DNA of 64,000 nt, taken from NCBI GenBank assembly GCA_021792255.1, contig JAJYUZ010000001.1:64001-128000 (forward strand), written 5' to 3'. Numbering within the stretch: position 1 is the stretch's first letter; the number at the start of each line of letters is the position of its first letter. The notes below the pieces were generated by a model. The model made no database searches. It was not told the origin of the DNA and saw only the letters and a list, made by a program, of their open reading frames with translations. Of this stretch, positions 50,205 through 59,499 are shown piece by piece. Source of the stretch: Thermoplasmata archaeon (GTDB lineage Archaea > Thermoplasmatota > Thermoplasmata > Thermoplasmatales > GCA-001856825). Both the position numbers and the translations under genes were made by a program.

Positions 50205-50750
50205 GACAATTTTAGAGTACTCGGTGTTGGAGGTGCTGGGATTAATGCGGTAAAGGCTCTTGGTTATAGCAATTCAATCTATTTAGATTCTCAAAGTTAT
50301 GATTCTCTAGAGGGTATAAAGGAATTTCTCAAAAGGATCAGCAGAAATGAGAAGGTAGTCGTAATCTCATCGCCAGCTGGAGAATTTTCATCCGCGGTAC
50401 TAGAAACTGTCTGTAACGCTCTCAACTCAAATGGAGATAGCGTTTTCTTGATAGGAATAATGCCATTTCATAGCGAATCCCCTGAAAGGAAGAGGAGAGG
50501 GGACGCCGTCCTTAGAAATTTAAAAAAAGCCGTAGACTCCACCGCAATCATTGAAAACGAGAACTTTGCTTCTTCCATGAGAGAATATTCTTGGACTCAG
50601 GTACTGGCTAGGATCAACGATCACGTCGCTGACCTTGTCAAAGAATTTATCACTCTTGGAGAAAATCAATTTTCCCCTACGGTACATGAAGTTGTGGTAT
50701 CCAAAAGACAATTGGAATACTCTCCAACCGTGCCTACTGTTTCTAACTGA
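50199..50750 (+). CDS. Truncated, degenerate FtsZ/tubulin N-terminal-domain protein
   Basis: RVLGVGGAGINAV (T1); PFHSE..ER; VDSTAIIENE; INDHV. GGGTGTG is replaced by PAGEFSS; no T7 NxDxxD; no C-domain. Confidence 0.75.
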   Translation: MSDNFRVLGVGGAGINAVKALGYSNSIYLDSQSYDSLEGIKEFLKRISRNEKVVVISSPAGEFSSAVLETVCNALNSNGDSVFLIGIMPFHSESPERKRRGDAVLRNLKKAVDSTAIIENENFASSMREYSWTQVLARINDHVADLVKEFITLGENQFSPTVHEVVVSKRQLEYSPTVPTVSN

Positions 50751-50839
50751 GATCAGTATACCTTCTTTGCAATAGCTAAAAGTATTGAGCTTAATGAGAA
50801 AAAAAGATTTAAGCGAAGGGAACATTCGACTTCCCGTAC

Positions 50840-51775
50840 ATGCAGGAAAGGTATAGAGTTCTGGGGAACACTCCTCTTATCCGCGCAGAGAAATTAGGTA
50901 AATTCCTTAATATTGAGGGACTGTACATTAAATATGAAGGATCAAATCCAACTGGGACTCAAAAAGACAGGGCGGCCTCAGTCCACATACTGGCGGCTAT
51001 ATCTGCGGGCTATGATACCATCGTAGTTGGTAGCTGCGGAAATTATGGAGCTTCGATCGCCTATTACGCTCATCTAAATCACTTAAAATCTCGTATTTAC
51101 ATTCCAAAGGAGTTCCATTCCCAACGGCTTGAGGAGATCGAAAAGAACTACGGAGCTACCTTGGTACTCGTGGAGGGCAAGTACGAAGACTCAGTCGAGG
51201 CAAGCAAGAGAGATGCCATCGCCAATTCTTGGTTTGATGGTAATGCTGGCGCCCATCCTGAACTTGGGCTTGAAGCATATTCGAAGATATCCTCAGAGAT
51301 CCACGACTCAATTGGGGAAGCGCCAGTGACGGTCTCAGTGCCTGTTGGAAATGGAACAACTCTGGCGGGGATATACTACGGTTTTGCTAATCAAAGAAAG
51401 CGGGGAGAGATTAAGAAAGTCCCACGGATGATTGCCGCAAGCACCGAAGGAGGAAATCCAGTGGTGGAGAGTTTTAAGAAAGGACTGAAGGAAATTACAG
51501 ACTTTCCCGTGGAGAAGATAAGAGAAACCGAAATCAACGAGGCCCTCGTAAATTATCATTCATACGACGGTGACTTGGCGTACAAAGCATTGCTTGAATC
51601 TGAAGGTTATGCAGAATACGTCACAGATGAAGATCTGATATCATACAAGGATATAGTGAGAGAATATGAGGGCATAGATCCATTGCCTCCTGCAGTCGCC
51701 TCCTTAGCTGCAACCGTTCGCGTGGTCGGGAAAGATAGGATATCGGGAATTCACGTTGCTATTTTGACCGGATAA
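50840..51775 (+). CDS. Threonine synthase-like PLP enzyme (fold type II)
   Basis: GNTPL; KYEG-NPTGTQKDR; SCGNYG; VPVGNGT; ILTG. Confidence 0.85.
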   Translation: MQERYRVLGNTPLIRAEKLGKFLNIEGLYIKYEGSNPTGTQKDRAASVHILAAISAGYDTIVVGSCGNYGASIAYYAHLNHLKSRIYIPKEFHSQRLEEIEKNYGATLVLVEGKYEDSVEASKRDAIANSWFDGNAGAHPELGLEAYSKISSEIHDSIGEAPVTVSVPVGNGTTLAGIYYGFANQRKRGEIKKVPRMIAASTEGGNPVVESFKKGLKEITDFPVEKIRETEINEALVNYHSYDGDLAYKALLESEGYAEYVTDEDLISYKDIVREYEGIDPLPPAVASLAATVRVVGKDRISGIHVAILTG

Positions 51776-51803
51776 TCGATCCGGGGCCCGTGCGTAATGT
51801 CTA

Positions 51804-52502
51804 TCAGTTCTTCACTGCATCCTTGTGACTGCAACCAATAGCTCCCATCAATATTCTGTACTCGTAGGGGGAGATGGTTGCTCTCGAAATTACTCTTCTA
51901 AAGAGCAGACTAGTCTTCCCAATTCTGTGCTTTGGATAGTTATTTTCTATAAGGGACTCTTTAAACTTCTCTATCAGTCTGTCGTTCTCCTCTCTGGTTA
52001 TTGTCTCTTTACCCTTCGTCTTTTTACCTCCGAAAATTTCGTAGAAAAGGATCGCAGCAGCGCTCGAAACATTTAGTATTGGGTACTCTTCGGCTGCTGG
52101 TATGTGAACGAAGAAATCGCACATCGCTAATTCCTCGTTCGTCAGACCGATATCCTCTCTTCCGAGAACAATCCCGACCTTCCCTTTAATTTTCGACGAT
52201 AATTCAACGAATCCTCTTAGATCAAAATAATTTCGGAGAACCTCTTTCGGAGATTCACTCTTTACTCCTGAAGTACCGACAACGTATTCAAGATCGCTAA
52301 TAGCTTCATTCAACGAAGTGACCTTAGAACACTTGATCAGTATTTCATTTCCCTTCATTGAACGAAATAAGTCTTCGCTGGGAATTCTGTTGGTATTCAC
52401 CACTGTCAAATCGCTTAGTCCAAAGTTTTTCATGAGCCTTGCAATCGCGCCTAGATTTCCAGGATTCTTGGGTTCAACTACGATAATCCTAACGGACAGC
52501 AC
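51804..52502 (-). CDS. trmJ: TrmJ/SpoU family tRNA 2'-O-methyltransferase
   Basis: VEPK-PGNLGAIARLMKNFG; GRED-GLTNEE; YP-LNVS. Confidence 0.88.
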   Translation of the reverse strand: MLSVRIIVVEPKNPGNLGAIARLMKNFGLSDLTVVNTNRIPSEDLFRSMKGNEILIKCSKVTSLNEAISDLEYVVGTSGVKSESPKEVLRNYFDLRGFVELSSKIKGKVGIVLGREDIGLTNEELAMCDFFVHIPAAEEYPILNVSSAAAILFYEIFGGKKTKGKETITREENDRLIEKFKESLIENNYPKHRIGKTSLLFRRVISRATISPYEYRILMGAIGCSHKDAVKN

Positions 52503-52557
52503 AATCCTAATTTTGAACGTAAATAAACCTTTTTACTTATGACTATCTTCACTTCTA

Positions 52558-53871
52558 ATGGATGGGGAGAAATTCCTATTTTCACTCTCAAGATTTGGCA
52601 TTAAGTTGGGGTTGGGCCCAACGACTGCTTTTGCCAAATTGCTAGGGGACCCTCAAAACAGATTCAGGAGCATTCACGTTGCAGGCTCGAATGGAAAGGG
52701 ATCTACCACTACTTATCTCTACAGAATTCTGAAAAAGCGTTACTTTACAGGGTTGTACACTTCGCCGCATCTGCGAAGATTTTCTGAAAGAATCATTGCT
52801 GGTGATGAAGAAATACCGTCCACTTTCATAGACGAGTTTGTGACAAAGCACAAATCGATTATTGAGTACAACGGAGAAGATACTCAGCTCACTTTCTTTG
52901 AGTACACAACTAACATGGCGTTCGACTTCTTTAGTAAAAAGGGAGTTCAGTTTGCAGCAGTAGAAGTCGGACTGGGAGGAAGACTTGATTCCACCAACAT
53001 ACTGACTCCTGACGTATCAGTTATAACGAGTATTTCTCTCGAACACGCAGACAAGCTTGGAGGGAGCATAGAATACATTGCGAGAGAGAAAGGGGGAATA
53101 ATCAAAAAAGGCGTACCGCTCGTTATCGGGAAAGTTCCTGAAGTCGCCAATGAAATCTTCCAAGGTATTGCAAAACAAAATGAATCGCCCGTTAAGCAAG
53201 TGAAGGATTGTTCTGTAAGAAATCTTGATTTCTCACTTTCTGGCACGAGATTTGAACTTGACACACAGTCCAACAAATATGATGTCGAGTTGAAGGCGCT
53301 TGGAGAGCATCAAGTGAACAACTCCATTGCCGCCATCCTGGCGTGCGAGTCCATAAGCAATCCTCCCGATGCAGGCGAAATACTTCACGGATTGAAAGAA
53401 GACCAGATATCTGGTCGATTCGAAGTCAGAAGGAGAGATCCGTTGATGATTTTAGATGGTGCACACAATTCTGAAGCTTCCAGAGTTCTCAGTTCGAACA
53501 TCAAGAAGTACTCGATAAACGATCCTCTTATTGTCCTTGGAGTACTTAGGGATAAGAATACCTATAACATTTTACAAAACTTATCAGAAGTTGCTGATAG
53601 CGTACTGATAACAGAACCAAACGAGCCAGAAAGAAAAAAAGATAGCGAAGATCTGAAGAGAGAAGCTAAGTTATTTTTCAAAGACGTTGAAGTGGAAAAG
53701 GTTCCGGCAAAAGCTTTAGATGCGGCGATTAATTCTAGGAGAAATACAATAGTAACTGGCTCCCTATATCTGGTCGGAGAGATGGAACTGTTGCTCGATG
53801 ACAAAGAAAAATCAGTTAGCCTTCCAGTGGAAGAAGAGGAACTTCGAAAGAGTCCAGAACTGATTGAATAA
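52558..53871 (+). CDS. folC: Folylpolyglutamate/dihydrofolate synthase
   Basis: HVAGSNGKGS; YTSPHL; EVGLGGRLD-TN; EKGGIIK; DGAHN; TGSLYLVG. Confidence 0.93.
   Translation: MDGEKFLFSLSRFGIKLGLGPTTAFAKLLGDPQNRFRSIHVAGSNGKGSTTTYLYRILKKRYFTGLYTSPHLRRFSERIIAGDEEIPSTFIDEFVTKHKSIIEYNGEDTQLTFFEYTTNMAFDFFSKKGVQFAAVEVGLGGRLDSTNILTPDVSVITSISLEHADKLGGSIEYIAREKGGIIKKGVPLVIGKVPEVANEIFQGIAKQNESPVKQVKDCSVRNLDFSLSGTRFELDTQSNKYDVELKALGEHQVNNSIAAILACESISNPPDAGEILHGLKEDQISGRFEVRRRDPLMILDGAHNSEASRVLSSNIKKYSINDPLIVLGVLRDKNTYNILQNLSEVADSVLITEPNEPERKKDSEDLKREAKLFFKDVEVEKVPAKALDAAINSRRNTIVTGSLYLVGEMELLLDDKEKSVSLPVEEEELRKSPELIE
53822..53839 (+). promoter_or_regulatory. Origin recognition box (ORB)-like element within folC 3' end
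   Basis: TTCCAGTGGAAGAAGAGG; its core is identical to the downstream ORB. Confidence 0.65.
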
Positions 53872-53889
53872 GAAATCTAGCTTACCGTT

Positions 53890-53909
53890 TTCCAGTGGAA
53901 AGAGAGGGG
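53890..53909 (+). promoter_or_regulatory. Origin recognition box (ORB) with G-string; probable oriC
   Basis: TTCCAGTGGAAAGAGAGGGG matches the archaeal ORB pattern (TCCAGTGGAAA...GGGG); 90 bp upstream of cdc6 and followed by an AT-rich tract. Confidence 0.85.
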
Positions 53910-53999
53910 ACTGCATGAAGTGCCAGCTATTTATTCGTTTTGGTAAAAGACCTGATAAGAAACGGTTTTAATAAAGAAAATTTTTGACGGTAGTATAAC

Positions 54000-55256
54000 A
54001 TGAGCAGTTCATCTAAAAACTTATTCGAAAAGTTCACTTATGCCTCTCTAATCGTTAAGGGGCAGAGGCAAGCGTTAGAGCCTGGATTTGTCCCAGATCG
54101 GCTTCCGCACAGAGAAAAAGAAGCGGAACAACTCGCAGAGATAATTTCTCCTTCACTCAAGAATTTCAAACCATCCAATGTAATTATTTTCGGCAAACCT
54201 GGAGTAGGGAAGACTAGTGTGGTCAAGTTTGTCGAAGGCGAGATATACAAGGCAATGCAGTCAAGACTTGACGTAAGAATCAAACTTATCGACGTGAACT
54301 GCGGAGTCGTTGACAACCCCTACGGAGTCCTTTTGGCGGTCGGCGATGGTCTCCTAGAAACGTGGGAGGAAAAACTCCCATTTACCGGATGGCCACTGGA
54401 TAAACTTTACGCGACCGTGCTCGACAAAGTCAAGAACTTTGCTGGTATAGCGATCATAGTTCTGGACGAAATAGACAAGCTCGTGAAAAAGAGCGGAGAC
54501 TCAGTTCTCTATCAGCTTCTGAGGATAAACGAAGTGACAAAGGAAGGCAGAGTGTGCTTACTGGGCATAAGCAACGATCTACGGTTTACAGAATATTTGG
54601 ATCCAAGAGTCAAGAGCAGACTCATAGAGGAGACTATGGTTTTCAACCCCTACAATGCTTCCCAAATATATGACATACTTAGAGACAGATCTCTTTACGC
54701 CGGGATAGCGGACTCAATTGACGAGTCTGCCATGAAAACTTGTGCGGCGCTAGCGGCTCAGGAGCATGGAGATGCAAGAAGGGCGATAGATATGCTCAGA
54801 ATCGCGGTCGAATTGACAGAAAAGGGAAGCGAGAAGAGGATACTGGACGATACGATATATGAGGCCAAAAAGAAGCTGGAAAGGGATGTAGTAGTCGAGA
54901 CAGTCTCTACTCTACCGTTGCACAGCAAGTTAGTTCTCTTCTCAATTTCTCTCATCGACGAGATAAAGAGCGGAGGAAGTTCTACGATGGGAGAATTTTA
55001 TGACCTCTACGAAAAGATTGCTGACAGGATGGGACTCAGCAGTCTCACTCAGAGAAGAGTAGCGGACATAATAGGCGAATTGACGAATCTTGGTCTCGTA
55101 GATTCCAAAGTCCAGAGTTTTGGAAGGTATGGAAGGACCACAACAGCTACACTCAATTACAGTTCTTCTAAGATCAAGGATATCCTTCTCAGCGATGAAA
55201 TCTTGATGCAGCTCAAGGACGTTAAACCTTCACAGAAATCTCTGCCCGTTTCATAA
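54000..55256 (+). CDS. cdc6: Orc1/Cdc6 replication initiator
   Basis: P--LPHRE; GKPGVGKT; VNC; LDEID; GISN; GDARRAID-LR; WH TQRRV...GRYGRT. Confidence 0.97.
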   Translation: MSSSSKNLFEKFTYASLIVKGQRQALEPGFVPDRLPHREKEAEQLAEIISPSLKNFKPSNVIIFGKPGVGKTSVVKFVEGEIYKAMQSRLDVRIKLIDVNCGVVDNPYGVLLAVGDGLLETWEEKLPFTGWPLDKLYATVLDKVKNFAGIAIIVLDEIDKLVKKSGDSVLYQLLRINEVTKEGRVCLLGISNDLRFTEYLDPRVKSRLIEETMVFNPYNASQIYDILRDRSLYAGIADSIDESAMKTCAALAAQEHGDARRAIDMLRIAVELTEKGSEKRILDDTIYEAKKKLERDVVVETVSTLPLHSKLVLFSISLIDEIKSGGSSTMGEFYDLYEKIADRMGLSSLTQRRVADIIGELTNLGLVDSKVQSFGRYGRTTTATLNYSSSKIKDILLSDEILMQLKDVKPSQKSLPVS

Positions 55257-55283
55257 ATCTATATATCTTTGGCATAATCGGGT

Positions 55284-55832
55284 ATGGTGAAGGCGAAGGC
55301 GATTCTGATAATAGGCATGCCTGGTTCCGGCAAGGACGAGTTCGCTATGGTCGCAAGGGAAATGGGCATCGAAGTAATCAACATGGGAGATATCGTAAGG
55401 GAGTTCACTTCCGGCACCGGAGTGAGCATATCGATGAGTGGTGAGATCGCCTCAAAGGAACGAAAGAATCATGGGATGGACATATGGGCCAAGCGAACGA
55501 TTGAAAAGGTAAAAAGCAACTTTGTAGTGGTGGAAGGCATAAGGAATGTCGAGGAGATAGTCAGATTTAGAAAGGACATGGAGATCGGCCTTGTGGTTGG
55601 GATATCATCTGGAAGGGACAATAGGTTCAGTCGTCTACTCAAGAGAGGAAGAGAGGACGATCCTAGAAACATAGACGAATTTTCTGTCAGGGAGAAAAGA
55701 GAACTGAACTGGGGGATAGGAGAAGCACTAGCGACTGCGGATCGCTATATATGTAACGACTCCACCATTCAAGAATTCAGAGAGAAAGTCAGAGAATTTC
55801 TCAAGGGACACATAGTTCAAGAAAGTTCTTAA
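55284..55832 (+). CDS. NMP-kinase-fold protein (archaeal dephospho-CoA-kinase-like / UPF0200)
   Basis: GMPGSGK; MGD-VR; EGIR; R-R-DD; RE--WG. Confidence 0.85.
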   Translation: MVKAKAILIIGMPGSGKDEFAMVAREMGIEVINMGDIVREFTSGTGVSISMSGEIASKERKNHGMDIWAKRTIEKVKSNFVVVEGIRNVEEIVRFRKDMEIGLVVGISSGRDNRFSRLLKRGREDDPRNIDEFSVREKRELNWGIGEALATADRYICNDSTIQEFREKVREFLKGHIVQESS

Positions 55833-56379
55833 AAATATTTTTCCCAAATTGGGTATGCTCAACCTCGGGATGAAATTGCAGAGCGTATCTCTTTTCGTAG
55901 GTATTTGCCATAGCCTGTACCTTACACGTCTCGGACGATGCGAGTAGCTGGAATCCAGGCGGGATGCTCTTAATTTCATCGTTATGACTCTCCCAGGCAA
56001 AGAACTTTTTAGGGACTCCCCTCAGTATAGAATTTTCTTCCGATATGGATATCTCCACTCTTCCAAATTCTGGGTGAATTGCTGGCATGACATTTGAACC
56101 GTAGTGCATTCCCATGAATTGTGCGCCTGCGCATATCCCAAGAATCGGAATCTTAAGCTTATCAAGATACTGGGCAGTTTTTCCCAGCCTGAAACTTTCA
56201 TATGCGATTGAAGGGGCTCCTCCTGAGAGAACGATGCCATCCGCATCGCTGATTTCATCTATTTCAGACTCGTTGCTCTTGATTTCACAATCAACCTCCA
56301 GATCCCGAAGAACTCGCCACTCTCTGTGCGTCCACTGACCACCATTGTCCATGACGTATATCTTCAAACTTTCTGCCAC
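55801..56379 (-). CDS. guaAA: GMP synthase glutamine amidotransferase subunit A
   Basis: DNGGQWTHR; LSGG; GICAG; SHND; QFHPE. Confidence 0.95.
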   Translation of the reverse strand: MAESLKIYVMDNGGQWTHREWRVLRDLEVDCEIKSNESEIDEISDADGIVLSGGAPSIAYESFRLGKTAQYLDKLKIPILGICAGAQFMGMHYGSNVMPAIHPEFGRVEISISEENSILRGVPKKFFAWESHNDEIKSIPPGFQLLASSETCKVQAMANTYEKRYALQFHPEVEHTQFGKNIFKNFLELCVP

Positions 56380-56380
56380 C

Positions 56381-57088
56381 TCATATCTTTCTGCTCATCA
56401 GCATGTCAATGTAGCTATTGATATGCTCAGCGAGCAACGGGTTGTCTGTAAAACCACACGCAGATAGATCAGGAGCTGCTATAAGCGCCCTTACCCCGTC
56501 AGAGACCATATCTGTTGCGATCAGGGAATTATTCCTGAAAACTCTCGTTCCCTGGGGTACCCGTTGGTTATCTGGGGCTACAATTGAAACGGAGACGTTT
56601 CTCGTGATTGCAGACTCGATCTCCTTTACTAGCTCCTGCCGAAGCTCCCTGAGCTTTGGTGTAGAAATCGAGGCAAACCTCTCAGCTGCGTTTAGGACTT
56701 CTTTCATCTTTTCAAGAACTCTCTCCTTTCCGTAAATTGTGTATATCAACTGCGGAAGGCCCTGTTGCGTAAGCAGTTCGCTCATATCGGTGAGCTTCTC
56801 GAAGAGAATATCTAGATTCTTGGAGAAATTTTTTCTGATTTCATAGACATTTTTTGCCTTGAAGACCTTGGGCCTTCCTTCCAAAGAGGTGATGAATCCT
56901 CTCTCCTCGAGTTTCTCCAGAACCTTATAAGTGGAAGTTCTCGGAATTTTAGCAGTCATAGCTATTGTATCCGGTGTGCTAGCACCCAATAGTATTAGCG
57001 CAAGGAACCCCCTTAACTCGTAGTCTGTCATTGCGAAACTCTCGAAGTATTTCGACACTTCCGAAAGTTCTTTTTCAAAATCTTCCAT
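56381..57088 (-). CDS. TrmB family transcriptional regulator
   Basis: T-YE---F-AL; IPRT--Y-VL--L--RG; GRP winged HTH; C-terminal effector domain. Confidence 0.9.
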   Translation of the reverse strand: MEDFEKELSEVSKYFESFAMTDYELRGFLALILLGASTPDTIAMTAKIPRTSTYKVLEKLEERGFITSLEGRPKVFKAKNVYEIRKNFSKNLDILFEKLTDMSELLTQQGLPQLIYTIYGKERVLEKMKEVLNAAERFASISTPKLRELRQELVKEIESAITRNVSVSIVAPDNQRVPQGTRVFRNNSLIATDMVSDGVRALIAAPDLSACGFTDNPLLAEHINSYIDMLMSRKI

Positions 57089-57135
57089 GGGTAATAATAA
57101 AAAAGGCTTTTATAATTTTTTTCACTACAAGGACG

Positions 57136-58047
57136 ATGAAATGTTCCTTATGCAATAATGATGCGGTGGTGTTCCTAAAGTACAGCGGGAGTCATCTGTG
57201 TGATAAACACTTCACCAAATTCTTTCAAAAGAGAGTGAACTTAGAGTTCAGGAACGAATTAAGAATTAAGAGACCTATTAAAATAGGAGTGGCCCTTTCA
57301 GGGGGAAAGGATAGTTCTGTTGCTCTTTATGAGACAGAAAGAGTATTTGGAAAGAGGAGAGATGTAAGCATCGTTGCGCTCACCATCGATGAGGGGATCA
57401 AATCTTACAGGCCAGAGACAATTCGAACCGCCGAATCCTTAACTAAGAAACTCGGTGTAGAACACCGGATCCTAAAGATAGAAGACAGTTTTGGAACAAG
57501 CATGGATTTGGTGTCCGAGGGCGGAAGGCTCTCTCCGTGCAGTTACTGTGGCGTTTTTCGGAGGAAATTGATTAACACTGCGGGGATAGAAGAAAACGTC
57601 GATTACATGGTCACTGGACTAAATCTGGATGATACTGCCCAATCAGTAATGATGAACATCGTCAGGGGAGATATCTCAAGGTTGAGCAGGATGGGCCCTC
57701 ACAGTCAGGTCAAGGGTGGGCTCGTTCCCAGGCTTCAACCACTGCGTAAGATCCCAGAGAAGGAAGTAATGCTCTATGCAATTTTACAGGGTATCGATTT
57801 CTCCCACTCAGTCTGCCCTTACGCTGATCAGGCAATTAGAAACGAATTCAGAGAGTCAATAGACAGGTGGGAGGAACGTTCTCCTGGGACAAAATACTCG
57901 ATTATCAATTCATTCGATAAGATAAGAGCCCTGATACCATCGGAGCAAGACATCAAGATAGGCAAGTGTAAAGTATGCGGATCTCCCACGCCCGGCGACG
58001 TATGTCAGAGTTGTTCCTTCGAAATGGAGATAAGAACATGGACGTGA
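57136..58047 (+). CDS. tRNA 2-thiolation protein, TtuA/Ncs6 (TIGR00269-type) family
   Basis: CxxC...CxxH; SGGKDS; CSYCGVFRR; NLDD; CPY; C-terminal Zn finger. Start at ATG 57136. Confidence 0.92.
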   Translation: MKCSLCNNDAVVFLKYSGSHLCDKHFTKFFQKRVNLEFRNELRIKRPIKIGVALSGGKDSSVALYETERVFGKRRDVSIVALTIDEGIKSYRPETIRTAESLTKKLGVEHRILKIEDSFGTSMDLVSEGGRLSPCSYCGVFRRKLINTAGIEENVDYMVTGLNLDDTAQSVMMNIVRGDISRLSRMGPHSQVKGGLVPRLQPLRKIPEKEVMLYAILQGIDFSHSVCPYADQAIRNEFRESIDRWEERSPGTKYSIINSFDKIRALIPSEQDIKIGKCKVCGSPTPGDVCQSCSFEMEIRTWT

Positions 58048-58520
58048 CTTTAGGAATCATCGCACTCTTTTTGGCATTATTTGTAGGTTTTTTGGCTAGG
58101 TACCTTATCCTAACTAGCAGGAAGAAAAAGTCAAACTTTCTCTACAAGGACTTGAAGGTGATAACATCAGAGGGTACAAATCCCGGTTTGATGGTGTATT
58201 TGATTTCTATAGCAACTGCTATTATCGGTCCATTTTCCTATAGGCTATACCCTTTGAACGACCTGTCTTATATGCTTGCGAACGTAATTGCTGCACTATT
58301 CTTCGTAGTTTTCTATCCTCCTTACGCGCCCGTTACAGGGTTTGCGACCATAGACGTCGTGGAGAAGGATGGAGTCAAATTTTGCATAGTGGGTAAGGTA
58401 ATGAACAGGAAGTACAAGGTTCAGTCAATCTCCGAGCAACCCAAGTTCGAAATAGTCGTTGAGTTCAGAAGAAACAGGTTGATATTCGAGGTCACGGATC
58501 AGTCCTCTTCCCAGCGGTAA
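58038..58520 (+). CDS. Hypothetical membrane protein (3 TM)
   Basis: ATG 58038 overlaps the ttuA-like stop; three hydrophobic segments. Confidence 0.65.
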   Translation: MDVTLGIIALFLALFVGFLARYLILTSRKKKSNFLYKDLKVITSEGTNPGLMVYLISIATAIIGPFSYRLYPLNDLSYMLANVIAALFFVVFYPPYAPVTGFATIDVVEKDGVKFCIVGKVMNRKYKVQSISEQPKFEIVVEFRRNRLIFEVTDQSSSQR

Positions 58521-59142
58521 GTTTGGTGATTACCCTGACGGCCGAATTCATGTATTTTTCATCCATTATGTAAGTCACATCGTTGTAGAATGAAGCCACC
58601 TGGTAAACATTTATTCCGTTTACCGCGAGGATCGATGAGACGTAAGCCACATATCCTCGCAATTTTTCGATGATTAATGGTGAAATTACTACCAACTCAC
58701 CCAGATCATCCCTGAATGAGAGAATTTCCTCAGGTGGGAATTGTTTCCTAACCTCGGGGGTATTCTTCTTGTCAACAACAATAACTATTCCCTGACTTCC
58801 CTGGACTATTCTTATCTTTCCCCCAGAACCAAAGATCTCGCTGTAAATATTTGAGACCTTCTCAAAGTTGTCGGCTGAATTTCTAACGGTCAAATTCGTC
58901 ATCGAATAGAATGCCTCAATTCTCGACTCGTTTAAAGCTGATTTATAAGCGGACTCGAGTGATGGATTTCTCTCAGGATACCTCTTTATCGCGGCCAATA
59001 CTGCATTGAAATTTTGGGTCTTCAGTTGCTTCATCAAGTACATGGCGAGAGAAGAGTAATTGACTATCCCAGACTGGAGAGCATCCATTGCGCAAGGATT
59101 AGATGATAGATATTCAGAGACCCTCCTGCTAATTCTTTCCAT
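58492..59142 (-). CDS. ACT-domain-containing protein with N-terminal HTH-like region
   Basis: GIVNYSSLA; A-LAAIKRY; C-terminal ACT (LAVNGINV). Confidence 0.8.
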   Translation of the reverse strand: MERISRRVSEYLSSNPCAMDALQSGIVNYSSLAMYLMKQLKTQNFNAVLAAIKRYPERNPSLESAYKSALNESRIEAFYSMTNLTVRNSADNFEKVSNIYSEIFGSGGKIRIVQGSQGIVIVVDKKNTPEVRKQFPPEEILSFRDDLGELVVISPLIIEKLRGYVAYVSSILAVNGINVYQVASFYNDVTYIMDEKYMNSAVRVITKLTAGKRTDP

Positions 59143-59286
59143 GATTGAAGATAAATTCCATCTTAAAAAGTTAGTTCTTCAGTCTCCTCGTCCTTCACCC
59201 GATCGTCAGAAAGGGTAAGTGATTAAGTAAAGGGCCCGGGTAAGCTGACCGTATAACTAAAATCGCTAAATTGAATTAAGATAACC

Positions 59287-59499
59287 ATGGTTGCCGAAGC
59301 AGACAAGAAGATAGTCCTACTTCACAATTTCGACAGGAACGACTATACAAGATTGCTGAATTTCCTCAAGTCGAGCGGGTTATCGAGTAAAACTATAGTT
59401 GCGGTTACAACCTCTGTAACCCTAGACTGGAAAGTGGCAGACCTCATCAAGGAACTCTTCCTCGAAGACGAAGCTCTGAGAGACCAGACAAAGGGCTAA
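59287..59499 (+). CDS. Small conserved protein (DUF3783-like)
   Basis: AVTT--TLDWKV-DLI-EL--E pattern. Confidence 0.7.
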   Translation: MVAEADKKIVLLHNFDRNDYTRLLNFLKSSGLSSKTIVAVTTSVTLDWKVADLIKELFLEDEALRDQTKG

